64,000 nucleotides of DNA from the human T2T-CHM13v2.0 reference genome, Homo sapiens, in assembly GCA_009914755.4 (NCBI GenBank), contig CP068257.2, positions 36,736,001 through 36,800,000 on the forward strand, given 5' to 3'. Of the stretch, positions 1-12,668 are shown in pieces. The notes beneath the pieces were generated by a model. It was not told the DNA's origin, did not search any database, and worked only from the letters and a program-made list of their open reading frames with translations. Numbering within the stretch: the first letter of the stretch is position 1; the number at the start of each line of letters is the position of its first letter. The translations under genes were made by a program, and so were the position numbers.

Positions 1-589
1 AGATCTATAGACACTTAGCTTTAAAAGCTTTGATTATGGCCAGTTGCCTGGTCTACCTAATACCAGCAGAGGAGTGTATTTTCCCTACTATGGTGGAACA
101 GAGGTAAAGGTTTTCCAAGTTTGAAGCAATCATACAAACAAAATAGGAGCCCAAAGACTTCTGCGGAGCTTTGGAATGAGAGGTGCCCATTCTGGTTTCA
201 GAAACGCCAGCGCCATCTCTTGGAGGAGCATGAAATTGTTTCCTTGGGCTGAAGAAGCATCCATGGGGCCCCAGGTAGGTTCAGCTGGTCCTCTCCTTCT
301 TTCAACTGTAGTTTCAGACTGGAACCCCAGGGCTTCTTCCAAGGGAAACATTCTTACTTATTTCCTTATAAAGGTCCTGCATACCTTTGTTTGTCTCTCT
401 TCCAATCAAACCATTCTTTCTCTCTAATTTCATCGGGTCCAGTATTTCCAAATTTCAGTCCCAGTTTGTAAATCTACAACTCAAGCCAAACCTTCAAAGA
501 CTGAATTTTCTAAGTGGTTAGTTATCCTTCTAACACAGAGGGTCTTCCTTCTAACACCCCAGCAGAGGCCGGGTAGCCTAGCACTCAAG

Positions 590-760
590 ATCCTGGACTC
601 TGAAGCTAGACCACTGTGTTTAGCATCCCCTCAGCCTTCCAACTGTGTGACCTTGGAAAGTTACTTGACCTCTCTGTGCCTCAGTTTCCCCACCCACAAA
701 ATGAGGCTGACAGCAGACACCACCTAGAATGGTTGTTGCAGCATTACAGGAGTTCACACC
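590..760 (+). repeat. MIR SINE fragment
   Basis: Contains the MIR core ...ctgtgtgaccttggaaagttacttgacctctctgtgcctcagtttcccca... Confidence 0.7.
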
Positions 761-1989
761 TGCAGCACTCGGTGCAGGCCTGTGACAGATCATGAGCAAG
801 TGTTTGCCATCATCTTGGTTTTCAGTGGCTGTTCCCTTACACACCACTTACGACGCTGGGCTAGGATTTCACTTGACTTGTCCAGGTTACCCACCAGGCG
901 GTGTTTCTGTAGCATGGGCAGTAAAGGCAGCATAAATCTAGGCCACACTCACAAATGCACATTGTTAGCACACAAACCCCGTGATTCAGATGCAGGTGGT
1001 CTGGGGGCCTGATTTTTAGAGCTGCTGCACTCAGTTTTGTGCTCCTAGGGGGCAGGGACTAGCTCCATCCATCTCAGACCCCAGCCTGCATGCAGCAAGC
1101 ACCCGCCCCCTTGAAAGTGCTCAGCTCAAGTTGCTTTCCTTCTCCATCTTCTTTAATAAATGATCTTGGAGTGAACAAATGGGAGGCTGACAGTATTACA
1201 CTAAAATAACAGGAGTTTCTGGTCACCTGAGAAGCACAATGGTCTCTCATCTTCTCCTTACTCCATTAGGAGTTCATATGCCTGCATTTTCCTCATTAAA
1301 TCTGAGGTGCTTTTCTGAACTCTATCTGAGAAGGAGCTGAAGTAATCAATGAGTGTCTCACACACAAACACATGGAAACAGGTTCTTAGTGAGAGCGGTG
1401 GGGACTCTGACTCCAAATTTAATGATTTTTCACTAAAAAGGAATGACGCTTCCCTTCACTAGAAAGCAATGATGTCTTCGGTGGTTGCATCAATGACCAA
1501 ACATGTATAATAAACTGCTTCTTTGAACTTGAGGACATCTGATTAAGAGATAGAAAGCAAAACAAGCCTTCACAGATGGTAATAGTGCTGGGACACATCA
1601 CCTTTTGTGAATAACTGAAGAGTATATATTAATAACAGAAATCACATTGGTGTGCCCTTACTGAGGATCGACAAAGGAGAACACGTCTATGTTTTGTGGA
1701 AACACGACTGAAGCCTTCATCCAATGACGTTGGCCGGCCCCGCTCTCCTCGTGCCATCAAGCACTCTACGCTGACTCAGTAGAGCAGCACAGCCCTGTGT
1801 GTGGAGAGATTCCCATGCACCATGGGAAGAGGGACCAAGCCTGGGCCCTGGAGGGCGCAGCCGGTGCAGTCTGCAGCAGGCTCTGTGTTTCAATAACTGT
1901 GGTGTCCCCACACCCCAAGGGCCATCTGTAGATCTGCTGCTCCAAAGTCTCTCACAGTGGCTCTTCTTTGGAGGTCACTCTCCAGTTAA

Positions 1990-2370
1990 GTGGGGGACCA
2001 ACTGCAAACTTCTCCCATCAATATGAACTGCAATATGATATTGCAGCAAACAAAACACACACACACACACACACACTCTCCCAGAAGCATTTAACAGGAG
2101 AAGTGTGTACCTACACATTTAGTCCCAAGATCTCTTTCCAGGCCCTGTCCAGGTTCGTGGTGGAAGCCTGTCCTCTGCACACTGGCTTCCCCAAATCTTC
2201 CCATATTCCAGAGCAGGGGAATCCTTTCTCCATCTTTTGGCTCAGATCTACTGCGGAGTGTGGGAGAAATATTAAAAGTAATGATCCTTGATGGTTAAAG
2301 CTGCCTTATCAAGTTCCTGCCCCTGGGTTTAAATAAAGTCTCTTTTTCTGCCAGCTTTAGATAAGGATGG
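1990..2370 (+). repeat. Copy 1 of a duplicated roughly 400-600 bp element carrying an internal CA repeat (family unassigned)
   Basis: Roughly 80% identity to 3775-4420 over at least 250 bp. One matching pair is ccccaaatcttcccatattccagagcagggg against ccacaaatcttgctctattccagagtgag. Another is aatgatccttgatggttaaagctgccttatcaagttcctgcccc against gatgatccctgatggccaaggctgccttatcaagatcctgttccc. Confidence 0.6.
2055..2076. repeat. (CA)n microsatellite
   Basis: acacacacacacacacacacac. Confidence 0.95.
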
Positions 2371-2450
2371 AGGGTGAGAGAAACAGACAGAGACAGAAAG
2401 AGAGAGACAAGAAGGGAGAGAGGCAGAGAAGCAAGGACTCTATAGGGAAA
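2367..2450. repeat. Purine-rich (GA/GAA-type) low-complexity tract
   Basis: gagggtgagagaaacagacagagacagaaagagagagacaagaagggagagaggcagagaagcaagg. Confidence 0.8.
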
Positions 2451-3339
2451 GAAAGAGCTTGGACATTAATTCATTTTATGAATATTTGTTCTACTCTTCT
2501 TAAGAACAAGGTTTGTCCCAGGTGCCTTGGGGGCAAGAGAGAATTTAAGGGGTGGCAAGGGGCCACTGTCCCGCATCTTGGGGACGTTGTAGGCAGGCAG
2601 GTAGGGATGTGCTAAGGTTCCCGGGTCCTGGAGATGCCAGGCAAGTTGGAAAATGCAGAAGAGGAGGCTGGGGTGGACAGGGGTCATTTTGGCTGAAGCT
2701 GGTTATGAGAGGCTTAGAAGGTGAAAGTGTCTGCTGTGCTGGGCCCTGAAATGTAGGTCTTCTTGGCCACAGTGGGAAAGGGGAGCCCTAGAGGTCCTTG
2801 AACAGTCTGAGTGACAACACCTGGGCTGCCCAGCCCCAAAGGCCAAAACCAAGACACGTCTTTGTCCCAGAGGTTGGGCTTGGTGGCTGCAGCTGTGGAT
2901 GCTGACCCTTTCATGGGCATGGGGACAGGTGAAAAGCAGGAGCGAGGCAGGCAGGAGTGGGTGCCAGCACCAGCCCACAGCCATGAGGCCTGTGCCAGGC
3001 CAGCCTGTGGGGACACTGGGTCCCCGAGAGAGACATGGAAGCTCCCGCCAGCAGGAGACTTGAAGGTGGTCAGTTCTGAAGTCCTCTCCTCCTTAGGCCT
3101 GGACCTGGGGACACAGGCTCCAGCCAGCAGCAGGAGCCCATGAAACTCATTTGTCCCAATCTTCTTCCCAAGTCTCAACAGCTTTCGGGGGGTTCTGTGA
3201 CAGATGCCCCACTTCCAGCTCCACAGCCAGCCCTACGCTAACTCTGACAGATGAAAGGCCTCAGAATCCCCTTCTTCAATTGTACTGCACCCAACTTGTG
3301 GAAAGCAAAACAATATTAAAAATACTTTTTAAGAAACTC

Positions 3340-3760
3340 TAGAATATATTGTCATCAAAGTGATCACGGTTCTGCTTATTTTTGGTCATCGCAACCAATG
3401 TACTGAGCCCCCTTTGCCCAGACCCTAGCAGGTCCTGAGTCTCAGCGTCCACAAAACGAGGCTATGGCCCTTGGGGAGTTCCGTGCGGTGCCACAATTGG
3501 CCTCTGAGTTACTCTAGAGTGATAAACGCAGCCTTGGCAGTAAAATACCAGAGAGGTAATGAGTGCGGACTCCGTGCTCCCTCCGCAGGGGCAGGTGCGT
3601 GAGGCTCTAGCGCCACCTCGTGGGCCGTGGGATTCGTGCCCATCTCCTCCCGGGCGGGAGTTCCTCTGGAGCCAGGAACTCTTTGGGCTCAGGGTGTCTT
3701 TTTAGAAAAGCTTCTGACGTTGGTTCTTCTTTAGTGGACCTTCTCCGGTAAAACGGGGTT
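3340..3760. promoter_or_regulatory. CpG-dense block (roughly 20 CpG in about 420 bp) in otherwise CpG-poor intergenic DNA. It may be a CpG-island fragment, a candidate promoter or enhancer, or a young LTR.
   Basis: Clustered CpGs include cacggt, tcgcaa, agcgtc, aacgag, ccgtgcggtg, aacgcag, tgcggactccgtgc, ccgcag, tgcgtg, agcgccacctcgtgggccgtgggattcgtg, ccgggcggg, gacgtt, ccggtaaaacgggg. Confidence 0.3.
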
Positions 3761-3774
3761 AACAACTCCAAACT

Positions 3775-4420
3775 TTTCCCCACCTAAAGGGATTGAAAGG
3801 CTGTTTCAAAGGAATTAGAGCTCTGAGACTGCAACCCACAAAACACACAATAGCATATACACAGAGATGCACATAGAAACATAGACACACAGGGACACAC
3901 ACCAGAGATACACACACACACACACACGGACAGGCAGACACATGGCCACAAACACATACACAGAGATACACACAGAAACATATACACACAGGGACACACA
4001 CCAGAGATACATACACAGACACACACGGACAGGCAGACACAGGGCCACAAACACATACACAGAGATGCACATAGAAACATTTACACACAGGGACTCACAC
4101 CAGAGATACACACACACACGGACAGGCAGACACATGGTCACACACACACACACACATACATACAGTGATATTCAACAAGGGAAGGGTGCACCCACAGGCT
4201 CAGTCTTGAGACCTCTCTCCAGGCTCCTGGGTGGGTTGGGGAAGCTGAGCCTCCCTGCCTGCTCATAGCACACAGCCTCCACAAATCTTGCTCTATTCCA
4301 GAGTGAGAAAGGAACGTTAAAACTGATGATCCCTGATGGCCAAGGCTGCCTTATCAAGATCCTGTTCCCGATTCAATAAGAAAAGATGCCTCTTGTGCCA
4401 GCAGCAGATAAGGCTGCAGC
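3775..4420 (+). repeat. Copy 2 of the same element. Its CA-rich core is expanded into a minisatellite.
   Basis: See copy 1. The flanks are homologous, and the interior is replaced by roughly 3 tandem units of about 100 bp. Confidence 0.6.
3840..4165. repeat. Minisatellite: about 3.3 tandem copies of a roughly 98-105 bp CA-rich unit
   Basis: The repeated unit is agatacacacagaaacatatacacacagggacacacaccagagataca...cacggacaggcagacaca(t/g)gg(c/t)cacaaacacatacacag. The three copies start near 3864, 3961 and 4061. Confidence 0.85.
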
Positions 4421-4879
4421 CCTGGGCGTTCCCAGGAGAGCGAACAATGGAAGCCCCCAGGATGCCTCTATATGAGGTAGGATGGTTACTTGCCCAGTCC
4501 CTGCCTGCCAGGCCCTTATCTGGGAGGCGCTGGTTCGGGTTGCACCCTCCTGTGTTCCTAGCGGGGGCTGCTGCACACCAGGCTTCTGAGGCCTTCCTGG
4601 TGGGGGTTGGTGGAATGGCGGCGGGGGGAGGGTTTTGACGGTGCATCCTGAAGTGCTCCCTGCACCTTTCCCAGAAAAAGAAAAGGATGCCATGAAAACA
4701 CTTCACCCTAGACATGGTTTACCCTCGGGAAAGCTGATGTGAAAGAAGTTCCAGGGGGCCAGGGATAGAAAAGGATTTAGAAAGATGAAGGCAACAGACA
4801 AACGACACTTACAAAGTGCCCAAAGTCTGCAAGTCCTGATAGTCACAGGGAAGGACATCAGCTGGCGGGAAACCTCACC

Positions 4880-5010
4880 TTTTAGGCCTGCATGTCAGTC
4901 TTGCACTGCTGAGCTGTGTGACCCTAGGCAGGCTACTTAAACCCTCTGTGCCCTGGCATCTCCATCTACAGAATAAAGCTTCTAACAGCATAGGCCTCAC
5001 ACACCTGTGT
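4880..5010 (+). repeat. MIR-like SINE fragment
   Basis: gctgtgtgaccctaggcaggctacttaaaccctctgtgccctggcatctccatctacagaataaag resembles the MIR core. Confidence 0.45.
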
Positions 5011-5574
5011 GGAGACCCCATAAGTCAACAACATGTGTTTACCCGAGGAAATAAATATGGGTGCCCCTTTAGGCCTGTCCCACAGAGTTATACAGCTGAA
5101 AGACCTCAGAGTAGGTCCACACCCCTTACCAAGTAATGCAGGCCTTGATTAATTGCCACTTGAAGGGAGGTGGGGAGAAAGCACCCTGTCACATCACAGC
5201 TAAATTTACTAAAAAAGAAACTCTTTGCCCACTTATCTTTCGAAAGTGCCTCACAGCAGAGACAGCCCCAACCCCTTCCTCTCTCTCCAGCCTCACCTCT
5301 CCTCCTAAAATTCAGTTCCTCCTCACACTCTCAGTGCCTGGCCCCGGCCATGCATTAGATGCCCTGAAGAGCTTTTGAAAAGGACCAATCCCTGGGCCCT
5401 ATCTCAGGTGTGTCTGAGCATCTGTAGATTTTAGAAGCTCTGAGGAGGATTTACATGCATTTAGGGTGGAAATCACTTGTAAGTAAATTTTTTTAACTGT
5501 TCCCTGTAAATATGGACCAATGGACCACTTATGGCTTCTGCTAATTCTCTTACATATGCCCATGGTACCTTGTT

Positions 5575-5900
5575 GCAGTATCATTTGTATAATAAAAAGA
5601 TTGGAGCCAACCAGAAAGTCCATCAATGGGGGGAAAATTAAATAAAATGTAGTTCATTCAGCAATGGAATACTATGCAGCTCTGAAAAATGAATCAGGAA
5701 GCTTTCTATGAACAGATGTGGGAAGTCTCCAACGTATAGCATTAAGTGGAAAAAGCAAGACATAATGGTAGTGTGCACGTTCTATATTACATAAAATGTG
5801 AATAAAGGCAGTTTATATTCATGTTTTCTTGGATATACATTTAAAAAACTCTAAAAAGATACACAAAGAATGGTCTAGTAGTCATTATAGGGGGTCTGGG
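5575..5900 (+). repeat. Old L1 (L1M-type) 3'-end fragment
   Basis: ...aaagtccatcaatggggggaaaattaaataaaatgtagttcattcagcaatggaatactatgcagc...ggtctagtagtcattatagggggtctgggaagg matches the L1M ORF2 C-terminus and 3'UTR pattern. Confidence 0.6.
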
Positions 5901-7983
5901 AAGGCAAGAGATAATATATCATATTTTCAAATTTTTGAATTATGAGAACATGTCATTCATTCAAAAATTGAATGTAAAAAGGGTTAAGAAAGAGAATAAA
6001 GCAAGGGCCGGGACACATCTCCACTGTCTTCCCATGGCCCTCTCAGAAGTGGATCACACCTGGTGCTGGGCAGGGGGACAGAAATTGCTGTGGCCTGAGC
6101 AGAGCCTGGGTCCAGCCAGCATCTACACAGCCCACGTCCTCCCAGGGGAATTTCTCTGTGCTCTGTTTTGAGGGGATGGTCCTGGTACTGGAGTAGCAGA
6201 GCCAGGTCCCTGCTTCTTGCATACCCCTGAGGCTGCCCTGTTTGCTCTTCTTGTGTGGAGGGCATTGGCAGAGGCCTCTGGCCTGTAGAACCTTTGTGAG
6301 CTGAGCCACAACTCACTTCGAGCTGTTCTCTGCCCTGGCTTTGCTACCCTGAGGTCTCCAGTGCCATCCACACCTTCCGTCTGCCACCGCCAACAGCCAC
6401 AGGTGATGGATGGGGACCATAATGTGAGAGGAGAATTGTGTACTGGAAATCAGCATGAAGGGATATCCAAAGACCTGGAGAAACCCAAATCACATGGGGA
6501 TGGGAGAGTGAAGACCCAAGGGAGGGATGTGCGGCAAGACCTGCTCTGAGCTCTGAGGGTGCAGATGTAATCAAGACTGAGTGCTGCCCCACCAGACCTG
6601 TAGACGAACTCTCCTTCTGGTGAGGCAGTGAACCTGCAAGCACGGGAAGGTGGTGGTGGGTTGGGTGCCATGGAGGAAATGAGGAAGCAGGAGATACACT
6701 GGGGGCCAGGTGGGGTTGCAGGTCTCAGCAGGGTGGGGCTGAGGTGGTGATGGGTGAGGGAGTGAGCTGTGGAGTATCCAGACAGGGAAAGCAGCAAGTG
6801 CAAAGGTGCTGGGACAGGAGTGGATTTTGCGGGTCTGCAGGGCAGTCGGTGTACTGGGAGTGGAGTGGATGAGGTAGGACATGGAGGCTACAGAGTCTCA
6901 GAACCCGTCAGAGGCTGGTGTGCAGTCAGGTTCTGCAGGGCATTGTTGGCCACTAGGAGGATTACAACTTTTTCTCTTACCCCAAGTGGACTTGAAACCA
7001 TTGGAGGGTCTGAGGGAAGAGTGATATGGTCAGATGAAGTTTTTAAATCATGTATTTAATTATTCTAGTTGATGTGTAGAGAATGGAATTGGTGAGGGAG
7101 GAGAGAGTAGAAGTAGGGGGACAAGTTAGGACTGATGGGAGATTGAGTTGCTCCTTGGCCGTCACAGGATTCTGCATCCTCTGCCTTTACCATGGGCCTT
7201 GCCTGCCTCTCCCAGGGACAGAGTGTACCCCTCCAACCTTATTGACTGCGCATTTGGCCATGTGACTTGCTTTGCCTCGAGGGACATGAGCAAAGGCCAC
7301 ATCTGAGCAGAAGTTTTGAGGGCCATTGCCTGGTTGGCTCTTGCTTTTTTCCCTCTGCTCTGAGAAGAGGCATTTCCAACAGGGGGTCCCCTCCAGTCCA
7401 GGTCCTAGAATGGGAAAGCCTATGGAGCAGGGCTGCCACCGTGGCACACAGCCATGACAGAGGTGGGAGTGAGAATGAGATGGCTGTCGTCGTAAGCCTT
7501 GGAGATGTGGAGAGTGCTGACCGACACAGGGGCCCTTGGGGTACCAGACTACAGAGGCACTGCTGGAACGGTGTGAGGTGAGTTGACTTTGTAATGTTTT
7601 CTGAACAGCAGAGCTACCCAAATTGGAGTTTGATGTATGGCATTAGGGAGAGTTTGATTTGGTTTAGGGATATGTTAAGTTCGAGATACTCATTAGACAT
7701 CTAGGTAGAGGCTGGAGTTCCTGGAAAATGTCAACTACAGGTACAACTTGGAGTCATCGTCTCACATTTGCAAACTCAATATATGCAAATGGTATGAAAA
7801 GTCATGAGGCTATACGTGATCAACCAGAGAGAGGGTGTAGAAAGAGGTGTCTTCTTAGGACCTGGGGCACTCCAGCATGTGCAGAATGGAGATCTCAAAG
7901 GGCGAGTGAGCACTGACCTGGTGGTGGCATAGGCAGGTGCATGTCAGGGAGAGAGAACCTGTGTGCAAATACAAGGAAGGTGA

Positions 7984-8334
7984 GTGACATGGTTTGGCTG
8001 TGTCCCCACCAAAATCTCATCTTGAATTGTAGCTCCCATAATTCCCACATGTTGTGGGAGAGGGCAGGTGGGACATACTTGAATCATGGGGGCAGTTCTC
8101 GTGGTGGTGAATAAGTCTCGCGAGATCTACTGGTTTTATAAGGGGAAACTCCTTTTGCTTGGCTCTCGTTCTGTCTTTGCTGGCTGCCAGGTAAGATGTG
8201 CCTTTTGCCTTCCATCATAATTGTGAAGCCTCCCCAGCCACTTGGAACTGTGAATCCATTAAACCTCTTTTCCTTTTATAAATTACCCAGTCTTGGGTGT
8301 CTTTATCAGCAGCATGAAAACGGACTAATACAGT
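7984..8334 (+). repeat. THE1-family (MaLR) solo LTR
   Basis: It starts tgacatggtttggctgtgtccccaccaaaatctcatcttgaattgtagctcccataattcccacatgttgtgggag. It ends ...ttataaattacccagtcttgggtgtctttatcagcagcatgaaaacggactaatacag. This is a near-full-length match to the THE1B LTR consensus I remember. Confidence 0.8.
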
Positions 8335-10326
8335 GAGAGAGCATGACACCTTCAAGAAGGGGGCAGAGGACAAACTCTCCAGCCTGCCTGGGCTCATGCC
8401 CAGCACTGTGGCCCTTCTCTATCCAGGAGCCTTCCCTGTCATTATGCACACCCTCAGTCACTGTCCTCTGCTTGGCAGCACCTCTCTGGACTCACGGTTT
8501 GTGGACCAGTTTGTTCTCATTAATCCCACGACTTAAATTTCTAGCACCCATGACACACAACCTTTCCCTCTCCTAACTCAACCCCTTTGTCACTTTCCCC
8601 CACTTCTGACGTAAAGGTAACCCATCTTCCCCAATTACAATTTCTTGTGGCCCAGCCTTGCCCCAGTACCAATTTTTAGGAGATGATTTTTGTCACCATA
8701 GGTTTTATTTTACTGTGAAAGGCATAAGATTTGTTTGGGGCTCTTCTCTCTCTATGTCCACCTTCCCTGCCCTCAAGTTCACCATGCTCCCCCAGCATGA
8801 TCTCCAGTCTTCCCTAATGGCTGTTGGCTCCACTTCCCTCCAGCACTCTAAGAGTTATCAGCCTGCAGAATTATGAGCTGCTCAGGTCACCCTACAGCAA
8901 GTCACTCCTCCCACCCAGATCATTCTCCCTCAACCCATCAGAGCAATCCCTGGAAAACAGGAAGGTGGCCCTTCACTCCCTCCCCTGCCACACTCCCGCC
9001 TGGCAATTCCACCATGGCTGCTTTCAGCCTCACAGGGACCTCAAGTCCCTGGATACTTCCATCCATGCCATGATGTCTGGAACTCTCAAGAAATATTTTG
9101 GACAGTTTATCTGCCTGCTCTTGGATTTATTGAGCAGGGAAGAAACTCTGTAAGTTCACATATCTCTACTCTATCCCTGACAATTTTTTTCTGGGACTGG
9201 AGAGGAACCAGAAAGGGAATGGAGTTGGGGATTGAGGAAAGAGGGGAGAAACAAGAGAAGGGAATACCTTGGGCAGCTGGGCAAGAAGAAACAAAGCCAC
9301 ACCATCCAGAGACAGGGATTTTGGAATAACTGCAAAGTCACAAAAGTATTGGGAAGATGACTTAATGCCCTTGAATTCAAGTCCTCAGACATACACAGAT
9401 ATTGTGGTGATCATCATAGCAAAGCTAGCCTTCCCAGGAAAGAGAATGCCAGAGGTTTTCCTCAGAGGAGGCATAGAATTAGCCTAGCCAGTGACCAGTT
9501 AGCCAGTGACCAGTTAAAGGACAAGTGTTGACTTTGACTTTACCCCAGTCCACTCACGCTGCCACCCCCATGCCCTACAGACCCAGCCATGTCCTTGTGT
9601 AAAGCACACCAGGAGACACCAAAGGTATCACAGAGCAGGTCCAAGTGGGACATGGGTTCTGAAACCTTAATGCAAACCAATGGCATGCTGGTATCTGATC
9701 CCACCATGACCTTCATCTCGAGAAAGGTGCCACGAGGCTGTTTCTTGAAAGGAAGTTTTGTTGACCTGGTTCCTATACTGAATATGACCACTCACTACCT
9801 GGATTTCTTTAGCCATTTGGAATAGGAGCAAGACCACAAGCGCTCATTACCTTCCTGCATGAAATTACATCTCCTGGGAGGAAGAGAGCCATAAACATCA
9901 AGGTGGGTGTCACCTGGTCTTAATTTCTTGGCTTCATTAGAAAAATCTGAGAACTTGGAATGACATACCCACAGAGAACATTTGGGTTTACATAAACTAG
10001 TATATCCTTCATGTATAAATACATAGTTTAATGTAAAAGAATTGTGGGCCCAAACCAACAGTTTTAGGGTATTTAATTAGGATATTATTCAATAAGCACA
10101 AACGGCTCTTCCTAGGTCGGTATTTGATTCACCACTGAAAAATTTGAAACTAGGAAGCAAATCTCTAGAGAAGTTGCATTTATTATTTTGGAGTAATGGT
10201 AAACTTTGGGGATTTGATGAAAACGATGGGCCATCTCATCATAAAAATTCACACATACAAACATTTTTTTCTATGCAATTTAGAGGGTACCCAGCCCTAG
10301 CTAAGAATCTCTGATCTATTGATTAA

Positions 10327-10692
<366 letters not shown>

Positions 10693-11965
10693 TAGTGCCT
10701 GAAAGCTACGATGACATGGGCGTGAAATGGGCCCAGTGCAGACTACATGTGTGAGAAGAGACTTCCTTCAGGCCAGCACGACACTTCTTCCCTATGGTCA
10801 CAAGTGCCTTTTTCCTCTTTGTGTAACAACTCCTCTCTAACCATCTGCAGTTTGCATGTGTTGAACCAAACCCTAACTCCAAAAACTTAGGTCTGGTCAG
10901 TTGAAACCTCCCATTTATTTGGCTACAGTGATGGGTTTGGGGATGGATATGTGACCAAAGTCAGTGAGTGAGACTCAATTCCAGGACTCTCTTGAGACTA
11001 CTGGGAAAAACAATGCTATTTCTGTTGGAGTGGTTGAGAGGCCATGATGTAAGCCAGGGATTCTCAACCAGTGGTGATTTCACCTCCCATGGGACATTTG
11101 GGAACACCTGGAGACATTTTTGGTTGTCACTTCTAGGGATGTGCTACTGACATGTATTGGGTAGAAACCAGGGATGCAGTTGAACCTCCTACAAATGCAT
11201 GGGACAACCATCCCCAACAAAGAATTATTCTGCCACAAATGCCAATAATGCAGAGGTTGAGAAACGCTTCTGTAAGCTTAGAGTTTGAGCAACTATTTTG
11301 GTGTTGCATAAAATGAGCCTGCCCAAGACTGAGGCCAACTGAAAGGAGATAAAGCTGAGAGATGGAGGAAGGGCAAGTCATGAAGATGTCCTTTGAGATC
11401 TGGGATGCATCTCTGTCTGAAGTTGAGCCCTGGACTTTACAAAACTGTATCATTTACAAGTAATTGCTTCCTGATTCAGCCTTCTGTTGATTCAACAACA
11501 CATGTTCGTTAGGTGGCTGCCAGGTGCCAGGACTCTTACTTTCATTGAGTTATACCAGCAACGATGTTAATGAGAAACAAATAACACAGATAAATAAAGA
11601 AAATAGAACTGGGAATGGCGGATTGCATACAGAGGCTAATTCAGATGAGGAGGAAACTGGAAATCAACAACAGAACATCCTCCGTGTGCATATATTGTGG
11701 TCTATGATGTATGAAAATGTAAAGTACATGATATTTGGTGCTCCTGAAAGAGTGTGGCTGCAGTCACAGTCATCAAATCCTTGCAGTGTCTTCACAAAAT
11801 CTCAAGTTCAGAACCCCTCTAGGATTGCTATGTAGGTACTAGTATAGAAGAGAGCATTTCTGATCTGTAAAGAGAAAACATGCAGGATTCTGCCTTCAGA
11901 TGGCATTTTATTTCCTGGCTGGGGGCATGAGACAGACTTTTGGTATTGAAGGACTTTGACTCCTA

Positions 11966-12668
11966 GATGCTGGCAAGGCTGTGGAGAAATAGAAACGCTT
12001 TTACACTGTTGCTGGGAATGTAAGTTAATTCAACCACTGTGGAAGGCAGTGTGGCAATTTCTCAAGGATCTAGAGCCAGAAATACCATTTGACCAAGCAG
12101 TCCCATTACTGGATATATACCCAAAAGATTATAAATCATTCTGTTATAAAGATGCATGCACACATATGTTTATTGCCACACTATTTATAATAGTAAAGAC
12201 TTGGAACCAACGCAAATACCCATCAATAATAGACTGGATAAAGAAAATGTGGCACATATACACCATGGAATACTATGCAGCCATAAAAAGGAATGAGTTC
12301 ATGTCCTTTGCAGGGACATGGGTGAAGATGGAAGCCATCATTCTCAGCAAACTAACACAGGAACAGAAAACCAAACACTGCATGTTCTCACTCATAAGTG
12401 ACAATTGAACAATGAGAACACATGGACACATGGAGGGGAACATCATACACCAGGGCCTGTCGGGAGGTGGGGGGCAATGGGAGGGAGAGCATTAGGACAA
12501 ATACCTAATGCATGCAAGGCTTAAAACCTAGATGACGGGTTGATAGGTGCAGCAAAGCACCATGGCACATGTATACCTAGGTAACAAACCTGCACGTTCT
12601 GCACACGTATCTCAGAACTTAAAGTAAAATTTAAAAAAATAAAAAAATAAAATAAAATAAAAATAAAA
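11966..12668 (+). mobile_element. L1 (L1P-type) 3'-end fragment: ORF2 C-terminus, 3'UTR and A-rich tail
   Basis: gatgctggcaaggctgtggagaaatagaaacgcttttacactgttg...atggaatactatgcagccataaaaaggaatgagttcatgtcctttgcagggacatgg...gttctcactcataagtgacaattgaacaatgagaacacatggacaca... is followed by aaaaaataaaaaaataaaataaaataaaaataaaa. ORF 11956..12408 translates as the ORF2 C-terminus (…YAAIKRNEFMSFAGTW…QKTKHCMFSLISDN). Confidence 0.9.

Noticed and set aside
3759-4268. Overlapping Cys/Val/His-rich ORFs (98-112 aa) on both strands, which also resemble a repeat array
   Set aside because: These are translations of the CA/TG-rich minisatellite (TGT=Cys, GTG=Val, CAC=His). They are periodic and low-complexity with no start context. 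The roughly 100-bp tandem units have no unique spacers, and this is human DNA, so it is not a CRISPR array.
11956-12408. A 150-aa ORF with reverse-transcriptase-like C-terminal sequence, and its antisense twin at 16250..16441
   Set aside because: These are decayed L1 ORF2 C-terminal remnants (…AIKRNEFMSFAGTW…QKTKHCMFSLISDN). They are 5'-truncated, non-functional retrotransposon fragments.
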